Shown: in pieces, positions 8,697 through 14,835 of the stretch
Position numbering within the stretch: position 1 is the stretch's first letter
Layout of the letters: each line of letters begins with the position of its first letter
DNA from: Mucisphaera calidilacus
Lineage (GTDB): Bacteria; Planctomycetota; Phycisphaerae; Phycisphaerales; Phycisphaeraceae
Direction of reading: 5' to 3'
Length of the DNA: 32,000 nt
Assembly: GCF_007748075.1 (NCBI RefSeq)
Contig: NZ_CP036280.1
Span: forward strand, 450,001-482,000
Position numbers and translations under genes: made by a program
Notes under the pieces: generated by a model
Told to the model about the DNA's origin: nothing
What the model saw: only the letters and a program-made list of their open reading frames with translations
The model's database searches: none

Positions 8697-10067
8697 ATGG
8701 TCTGCCGTATCAGTCTGACAACCGGAATTGTGGCTCTCGCGTTCAGTGTCCCTGCTCAAGCGGGCCTGCTCTATTCTTTCGAGGACGTCGCCGTCGGAGA
8801 GATGCTCAATGGCGATGGCGTGATCGTGGACACCGGAAGCGGCATCACGGATGGCGTACAGGCCCTGCGGCTGGCCGGGTCGGCCGGCGGCTACGACAAG
8901 CTGGGGCACATCGTCTTGAATGATCTCGTCGACACCAGTGTTGATATCACGACGTTCCAGGCCGACTGGGCGTTCGATGCGGTACCGGGCAGCGCGGGCG
9001 GCTACAACGGCTTGACGCTCGCCATGTACAACCAGACCACCGCGACCTTCCGCCAGATCGGTGGCGGCGGGAGTGACAGCAACACCGTTGGCGAATACAT
9101 CGGATCGAGTAGTTCCACAACCACCACCGTCAGCTACAACCTCGGCCCCAACGACCAGGCGTTCCTCAACAGCGGCCTGGACGCCGGAGACCCCATCGAA
9201 CTCGGCTTCTACTCAAACAAAGCCATCGGAGTCGTCGGCGACTACACCATCGACAACCTGCAGTTCAACGGCTCACTCGTCGGCGGCCCGGGCCAGCCGG
9301 TCCTGCTGGGCTCGTTCGAGGACGCGACCCCGGGCGATCAGCTCGGAGGCACCGGTTTTGTGGTCGATTCAGGACCGGGTATCACCGAAGGCCTTCAGGC
9401 GCTGCGTGGCACACTCACGGCAGACAACAGCTACCAGAAGATCGGTGAGATCAGCCTGCCGACACCTACCAATGACGTCTACAGCTCATTCAGCGTCGAC
9501 TGGTATCACGAGTTCGCCGGCTTCAGCTTTGGTTATCTCGAACTCATCGCGGCCATCTTCACCGAAGACGGCGGCTTCACCCAGCTCTCCGGGGCCAAGA
9601 CCGTTGGCAATCCCGACGCATTCATCGGCTTCGAGGACAGCCAGTTCACGGTGGAGTACGAGCTGACCGAGGCGCAGGCGGCGCAGCTGTCGGCGGCTCA
9701 GTCGGTCGGTCTCGGAGCCACGATCGAGTTCTTCGCGAACAAGGCAACAGACCGAGGCGGCATCCTGACCGTCGACAACGTCATCGCCACGCTCGAGGAA
9801 GTCGACCTGATCGAGGGTGACATCAATGGCGACGGCTCGGTCGATCTGCTCGACCTTTCGATCCTGGCCACGAACTTCCAGGGCACGGACACCCCTTACG
9901 CACGCGAAGAGGGCGACCTCACCGGCGACGGGCTGGTTGACCTGCTCGACCTCTCCGTGCTGGCGTCGAACTTCAACGCAACAGCGGTTCCCGAGCCGGC
10001 CGGGCTGGCCCTGCTCGGCCTGACGGGCGTGCTGATCAGTCAGCGGCGCAACGGCATCGGGGCGTAA
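8697..10067 (+). CDS. secreted protein: two tandem copies of the unassigned lectin-like domain, then a dockerin-type repeat pair, then a PEP-CTERM anchor
   Basis: AGGAGGA RBS and ATG at 8697. Signal peptide ...ALAFSVPAQAG. Domains span about 8766-9272 and 9300-9800. The repeats are DINGDGSVDLLDLSILATNF and DLTGDGLVDLLDLSVLASNF. C-terminus VPEPAGLALLGLTGVLISQRRNG. Confidence 0.85.
   Translation: MVCRISLTTGIVALAFSVPAQAGLLYSFEDVAVGEMLNGDGVIVDTGSGITDGVQALRLAGSAGGYDKLGHIVLNDLVDTSVDITTFQADWAFDAVPGSAGGYNGLTLAMYNQTTATFRQIGGGGSDSNTVGEYIGSSSSTTTTVSYNLGPNDQAFLNSGLDAGDPIELGFYSNKAIGVVGDYTIDNLQFNGSLVGGPGQPVLLGSFEDATPGDQLGGTGFVVDSGPGITEGLQALRGTLTADNSYQKIGEISLPTPTNDVYSSFSVDWYHEFAGFSFGYLELIAAIFTEDGGFTQLSGAKTVGNPDAFIGFEDSQFTVEYELTEAQAAQLSAAQSVGLGATIEFFANKATDRGGILTVDNVIATLEEVDLIEGDINGDGSVDLLDLSILATNFQGTDTPYAREEGDLTGDGLVDLLDLSVLASNFNATAVPEPAGLALLGLTGVLISQRRNGIGA
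9819..9986 (+). repeat. coding segment for a pair of dockerin-type (EF-hand-like Ca-binding) repeats; nucleotide-level relatives at 17383-17547
   Basis: The D-x-N/T-x-D-G-x-V-D-LLDLS-x-LA-x-NF motif occurs twice. It shares the GACCTGCTCGACCTCTC core (9939-9955) with 17410-17430 and 17497-17517. Confidence 0.75.
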
Positions 10068-10085
10068 CGTGATCCTCCGCGGTGA

Positions 10086-10117
10086 GGCCCGTCGGAAGGC
10101 GGGTCCACCGGTTTTCC
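10086..10117 (+). terminator. possible intrinsic terminator (8-bp stem with two G-U pairs, GGAA tetraloop, short T-run 6 nt downstream)
   Basis: GGCCCGTC ggaa GGCGGGTC, then caccggTTTTcc. Lies between the 8697-10067 stop and the GH10 start. Confidence 0.3.
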
Positions 10118-10159
10118 AACCTCTTCATTCAGGCACAACGAACAGGAGCGATCAACGCG

Positions 10160-12010
10160 ATGGCGATCACGGCATCTCGTGGGGTAGTCACAACGTGGTT
10201 GTTGGTGGTGATGGCAGTCTGCCTGTCGGCGGTGCAGGGCGTGGAGGCCCAACCCAACCCGCTGCCCGATGACCTCATCCAACAGCTCGGGCCCGACGCC
10301 CGACTGATCATCCACGGCAACCGGCCCGACGCGTTCAACGGCCCCGGCGACACCGACCACGCCCGCATGGAAACCGTCCGCGTCGACGGCCAGCCCTTAC
10401 ACACCGCCGCACGCATCCACGTCCTCCGCAAGACCGACCCGGTCTGGGACGCCTCGCTGACCTCGCCATGGACCACCGCACCGATCAGGAAGGGCGACAC
10501 CCTCTTCGGCTACATCGACATCCGCGCCGAATCCGAGAAAGAGTCCGGCGGGGGCCAGTTCACCGGGTGGCTCCAGGGCAACCGCTCCGGATGGTCCGGA
10601 CTCAGACAGGTCGACGGTGCCCCGGGCGGCCAATGGTCACGACGCTACTTCACGACCGTCGCCACCCGCGACTACGACAAGGGTGAAGTCAACTTTGTCC
10701 TCCACCTCGGCATCATCCCCCAGACTGTCGACGTCGCCAATATCCTCGTCTGGAACCTCGGGCCCGACGCCGATATCGCCAGCCTACCGAGCAGCCGGCT
10801 GACCTACGAGGGCCAGGAACCCGACGCCCTCTGGCGGGTCGAAGCGATGCAACGCATTGATCGCTACCGCAAGTCGGACCTGGAGGTACGCGTGGTCGAT
10901 GCGCGCGGACGCGGCGTGGCAGGAGCGGAGGTCGAGGTGGCACTCGAACGACACGCCTTCGGCTTCGGCACCTTCATCGGCAACGGTCCCGTGCTTCAGG
11001 ACAGCCCCGACGGCGAACGCTTCCGCAACACCCTCCATCGCTACTTCAACCGTATCACCTGCCCCGCCTACAACGCCCAGACATGGGGCTGGCCAAACCC
11101 GGCCACCGCCAACAACTACATCAGGCAGATCGAGTGGTCCCGGCGGGACGGCTACACGACCAAGGCACACCCCGTGCTCTGGTCACGCTTCGACTGGTCA
11201 CCCGACGCCTGGGTCGCCCTCCGTGGCGACCCGCCAGCCCTCCGGCGAGCCATCGAGGACTACATCCGCAAGACAATGACCCTGCTGAGCGAACTCGGCG
11301 TTGAAGAGGTGGATTTCTTCAACGAGCCCGACCAGTTCGACGAGTACAACCAGGTCATCCGCGCCCAAAACCTCACGGCAGACTGGTTCAAGCTCGCCCA
11401 CGAGACCGCACCCAACATCCGCCTCGGCATCAACGAAAAACGCATCCTCTCCGCAGGCGGACGCGACACCGACAAGCACGACAACTACTTCGCCACCATC
11501 CAGCACCTCCTCGACGAGGGCGTGCCGCTGCGCGCCATCGGCTTTCAGGGGCACATGGGCGAGGACTTCACCCCGCCGACACGGCTCTGGACGATCCTCG
11601 ACCGGTTCGCCGCCTTCGGCATCCCCCTCCACGTCACCGAGTTCGACGTCAACACCGAAGACGAGCAAACCCAGGCCGACTACACACGCGACTTCCTCCT
11701 CGCCATGATGGCCCACCCCGCCGTCGACTCCGTCACCCTCTGGGGATTCTGGGGCGGCGATATGTGGATCCCCCAGGCCGCACTCTGGCAGAAAAACTGG
11801 CAGCCGCGCCCGAACGGCGAGGCTTACATCGACTTGATGACCAAGACACTGAACACCCACGAGCGTCTGCGCACGGACACGTCGGGGCGTGTGGCGGCAC
11901 GCGCGTTCAAGGGAGACTACGTGGTGCGTGTCCGTGTCGACGAGAAGCGTGGCGAGGTCCGGGTGCGGCTGGGTGACGAGCCGGGTGTCGTGCAGGTGAC
12001 GGTCCGTTAG
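10160..12010 (+). CDS. secreted GH10 family glycoside hydrolase (endo-beta-1,4-xylanase-like) with an N-terminal CBM4/9/22-like domain
   Basis: AGGAG RBS and ATG at 10160. Signal peptide MAITASRGVVTTWLLVVMAVCLSAVQGVEA. The acid/base motif FFNEP and the nucleophile motif LHVTEFDV are about 105 aa apart, as in GH10. IGFQGHM motif also present. Confidence 0.82.
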   Translation: MAITASRGVVTTWLLVVMAVCLSAVQGVEAQPNPLPDDLIQQLGPDARLIIHGNRPDAFNGPGDTDHARMETVRVDGQPLHTAARIHVLRKTDPVWDASLTSPWTTAPIRKGDTLFGYIDIRAESEKESGGGQFTGWLQGNRSGWSGLRQVDGAPGGQWSRRYFTTVATRDYDKGEVNFVLHLGIIPQTVDVANILVWNLGPDADIASLPSSRLTYEGQEPDALWRVEAMQRIDRYRKSDLEVRVVDARGRGVAGAEVEVALERHAFGFGTFIGNGPVLQDSPDGERFRNTLHRYFNRITCPAYNAQTWGWPNPATANNYIRQIEWSRRDGYTTKAHPVLWSRFDWSPDAWVALRGDPPALRRAIEDYIRKTMTLLSELGVEEVDFFNEPDQFDEYNQVIRAQNLTADWFKLAHETAPNIRLGINEKRILSAGGRDTDKHDNYFATIQHLLDEGVPLRAIGFQGHMGEDFTPPTRLWTILDRFAAFGIPLHVTEFDVNTEDEQTQADYTRDFLLAMMAHPAVDSVTLWGFWGGDMWIPQAALWQKNWQPRPNGEAYIDLMTKTLNTHERLRTDTSGRVAARAFKGDYVVRVRVDEKRGEVRVRLGDEPGVVQVTVR

Positions 12011-12011
12011 G

Positions 12012-12050
12012 CGATACTGTGGACGTATCGGTCTTGTTTCCCTTTTCTCT
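12012..12050 (+). terminator. weak intrinsic-terminator-like hairpin (6-bp stem CGATAC/GTATCG, 7-nt loop) followed by a T-rich tract
   Basis: CGATAC tgtggac GTATCG then gtcttgtttcccttttctct, immediately after the GH10 stop (TAG 12008-12010). Confidence 0.4.
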
Positions 12051-12070
12051 GAAAGCAGGCGTGCTTCGCG

Positions 12071-13753
12071 ATGACAGCTTACGACTTACCCCAATCGGTC
12101 CGTCCAGAACCTGTGGCTCCCCGAACTGCGGTGCTGGTCGCCAACGGCGATCTGCGTGCGTCGGCGAACGCGACGTGCTGGCCGGCGCAGCAGGCGATGG
12201 AAAAGGAGGCCGCTGAGGCGTTCGGTTCACTGGGCTGGAAACTCGAGCGCGCGCACGGCGAGGTCGATTCACCCGAGGGCCCACACGGCTTCATCGACAG
12301 CCAGAAGCGTGGCCGTGAGGTCTTCGCAGACGTTGATCCAGCGGCGCCGCTGGTAGTCGCGGAGGCGGTCTGGCAGTACAGCCACCACCTGCTCCCCGGG
12401 CTGCTGCGGCACACCGGCCCGATCCTCATCCTGGCCAACTGGTCGGGCACATGGCCCGGACTGGTCGGGGCGTTGAACCTGCGCGGATCGCTGACCAAGG
12501 CCGGGCGCGACCACGCGATCCTGTGGGGTGAAGACTTTGCGGACCCCGCCTTCCGAGCAAAGCTCAAGGCGTGGTGCGAGCGCGGGACGATCGAGCACGA
12601 CACCTCGCACGTGGCGAAACTGACGCCGGACACGCTGCCGCCAGCAGAGCGTGAACTGGGCGCTGCGCTGGCCGAACAGCTTCAGAACCAGCCCGCGATC
12701 CTCGGCGTCTTCGACGAGGGCTGCATGGGCATGTTCAACGCCATCATCCCGGATCACCTGCTCAACCCCACGGGCGTCTACAAGGAACGACTGTCGCAGT
12801 CGGCGCTCTACTACGCCATGACACAGGTCTCGGATGACGAAGCCAAGGCCGTGCGTGCCTGGTACGGCAACGCCGGGATCAGCTTCCAGATCGGCACCTC
12901 CGAAGAGAGCGACCTGACCGAGTCTCAGATCCTCGATCAGTGCCGGATGTACATCGCCGCGGTCCGACTGGCCGACGAGTTCGGCTGCGACGCGATCGGC
13001 ATCCAGTACCAGCAGGGTTTGAAAGATCTTGCCCCCGCGAGTGACCTGGTGGAAGGAACGCTCAACTGCAGCATTCGGCCGCCGGTGCGTGACGACGCGG
13101 GCCGGGTGATCCGTGAGGGCGAGGCCATCACCCACTTCAACGAGGTCGACGAGTGCGCCGGGCTGGACGGCCTGATCACACATCACGTCTGGCGTGCCAT
13201 GGGCATGCAGCCGGACAACACCCTGCACGACCTGCGCTGGGGTGATCCCGACCGCAGCGGCACGACCGACGACTACGTGTGGGTCTTCGAGATCTCGGGC
13301 AGCGTTCCGCCGACGCACTTCGCCAACGGCTGGGCCGACGCCACCAGCGAACGTCAGCCGCCGATGTACTTCCGGCTGGGAGGCGGGACGATCAAGGGCA
13401 TCTCCAGACCGGGCGAGTGCGTCTGGTCGCGTGTCTATATTCAGGACGGCCGCCTGCACATGGACCTCGGCCGCAGCAAAGCCATCGAACTACCACTGGC
13501 GGAGACGCAGCGACGCTGGGACAGCACCACCAGCCAGTGGCCGATCATGCATGGCGTCACCTACGGCGTCTCTCGCGACCAGATGATGGCCCGCCACCAG
13601 AGCAATCACATCCAACTCGTCTATGCCGATGATGCCGAGTCGGCCAACCGGGCCACAGCGGCGAAGGCCGCGATGGCCCACCACATGGGCATCGAGGTGC
13701 ACCTCTGCGGCACCGATCACACCGGCAAGCCCTTGGCCGAAGCGCTGGTGTGA
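12071..13753 (+). CDS. L-fucose isomerase (FucI) family sugar isomerase, divergent member
   Basis: Length of about 560 aa. By-eye collinearity with E. coli FucI: [17 protein letters not shown] vs IWGFNGTERPGAVYLAA; FNEVDE vs ATENDS; LHDLRWGD vs FADVRTYW; YFRLGGGT vs YFRGGGYS; QSNHIQLVY vs GANHGVLTI. Confidence 0.7.
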   Translation: MTAYDLPQSVRPEPVAPRTAVLVANGDLRASANATCWPAQQAMEKEAAEAFGSLGWKLERAHGEVDSPEGPHGFIDSQKRGREVFADVDPAAPLVVAEAVWQYSHHLLPGLLRHTGPILILANWSGTWPGLVGALNLRGSLTKAGRDHAILWGEDFADPAFRAKLKAWCERGTIEHDTSHVAKLTPDTLPPAERELGAALAEQLQNQPAILGVFDEGCMGMFNAIIPDHLLNPTGVYKERLSQSALYYAMTQVSDDEAKAVRAWYGNAGISFQIGTSEESDLTESQILDQCRMYIAAVRLADEFGCDAIGIQYQQGLKDLAPASDLVEGTLNCSIRPPVRDDAGRVIREGEAITHFNEVDECAGLDGLITHHVWRAMGMQPDNTLHDLRWGDPDRSGTTDDYVWVFEISGSVPPTHFANGWADATSERQPPMYFRLGGGTIKGISRPGECVWSRVYIQDGRLHMDLGRSKAIELPLAETQRRWDSTTSQWPIMHGVTYGVSRDQMMARHQSNHIQLVYADDAESANRATAAKAAMAHHMGIEVHLCGTDHTGKPLAEALV

Positions 13754-13773
13754 TAGATGCATACGGAAACTGT

Positions 13774-14628
13774 TTACTCGAGAAAGGATTTCATCTTGTC
13801 CGGCTGATCTGTGTTGATCAGTTGCATACGCGCATCGCGCATCAGTCGCCATGTACTCTGGTTGTCAGGCGTGCCCCAGACGCGGGCCAGGCGGCCCTGC
13901 TCGGCGGTGGCGCGGGCGAAACGATTCAGCACGGGGCGAAGATTATCGACGCGGTTCCCGCCTGCCTTGCGCGAAAGCGTAGAAAAGGAACAGGAGACCA
14001 TGGGCATCAGATGCGCTGGACGGTTCGAGTTGAGGTCATCGGGGAAGCGACCATCGATCCCGGAGTAGCGACCGACGGCGTTGGTCATCATCTCAATGGG
14101 CCGCTTGCCCGAGACGGCGACGATGACGGGACCGGGCGTGATACTGACGCTGCCGTCGGTATGGGTGGCGACGTGTCGAATCATGCCCGGGTATTGAGCG
14201 AGTTGCTGTTCGAGTACCGGCCAGGTCGTGCTGCCTTCTGACTTGAAATCGACCATCAGCACAATCGGTGTGCCCGACGGCCGGACCGACCCACCGAACG
14301 GGGCATCGGTCTGTTTACCACCACGCTGTTCGAAGCGTGTGTAAAGTGGGTCGAGATAGAGCCTGCGGAGTGTGCGGTGGCTCCGAATTTCGTGCTCGTC
14401 GTGTGCGACGAAAAGCTCGTCACCTCGCACGAAGACATCGGCTTCAATGGATAGCATCTCCGCATCAAGGGCGAGGGTCAGCGGCTGACGCTGATAGTAG
14501 TCGTTGTGACTGTGCCCCATGCTGGCCGTTAGCCTGAGCTGACCATCGGGGGTTGTGGTGACTTCCGCTGCGGCGAGCGATGCGATTGAAAACAGCACGA
14601 CCAGGGTGGTGTTGATCACGAAGCGCAT
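13774..14628 (-). CDS. secreted PLC-like phosphodiesterase superfamily protein (HSHNDY motif; Ca-dependent PI-PLC / AIM6 / GDPD-like)
   Basis: Signal peptide MRFVINTTLVVLFSIASLAAAEV, then the GHSHNDYYQRQPL and SIEADVF motifs characteristic of this fold. GGAG RBS 6 nt upstream of the ATG at 14628; the track start at 14667 is less likely. Confidence 0.7.
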   Translation of the reverse strand: MRFVINTTLVVLFSIASLAAAEVTTTPDGQLRLTASMGHSHNDYYQRQPLTLALDAEMLSIEADVFVRGDELFVAHDEHEIRSHRTLRRLYLDPLYTRFEQRGGKQTDAPFGGSVRPSGTPIVLMVDFKSEGSTTWPVLEQQLAQYPGMIRHVATHTDGSVSITPGPVIVAVSGKRPIEMMTNAVGRYSGIDGRFPDDLNSNRPAHLMPMVSCSFSTLSRKAGGNRVDNLRPVLNRFARATAEQGRLARVWGTPDNQSTWRLMRDARMQLINTDQPDKMKSFLE

Positions 14629-14835
14629 GACAGATCTCCGTCGAAACGTTTGAGGTTGGCGGGACATTACGCAACGACGTGGGTGATGACAAGCGTGCGA
14701 TTGTTAAAACGCTTCTTGCACCTTTCTCACGGTTTCCTCATGTATCGCGCTCGCTGATTTATGGCGTAATGCTACTGAGGCCCGCGCGGTGTGCGGGTCA
14801 CGCAAGAAGAGAACGTCATCAAACAGGAGAGCATC

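Noticed and set aside
9819-9986. Dockerin repeats as evidence for a cellulosome
   Set aside because: No cohesin or scaffoldin gene is in the window, and the repeats are attached to non-catalytic PEP-CTERM proteins. Only the module type can be called, not a cellulosome.
12269-13459. 396-aa ORF on the - strand inside the FucI-family gene
   Set aside because: This is an antisense shadow ORF typical of high-GC DNA. The + strand product aligns collinearly with FucI, while this one has no motifs and is Arg/Val/Gly/Asp-rich.
14781-14797. Small GC hairpin CCCGC-gcggtgt-GCGGG upstream of the large surface-protein gene, considered as a riboswitch or attenuator
   Set aside because: It has only a 5-bp stem and no flanking conserved structure or alternative pairing that I could find. 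Such hairpins are expected by chance in GC-rich DNA.
14629-14835. ECF-type promoter (GGAAC-N16/17-CGT-like) upstream of the large LamG gene and other locus genes
   Set aside because: I found only loose GAAAC/AAAAC matches with inconsistent spacing, and no motif shared between the upstream regions that I could verify by eye.
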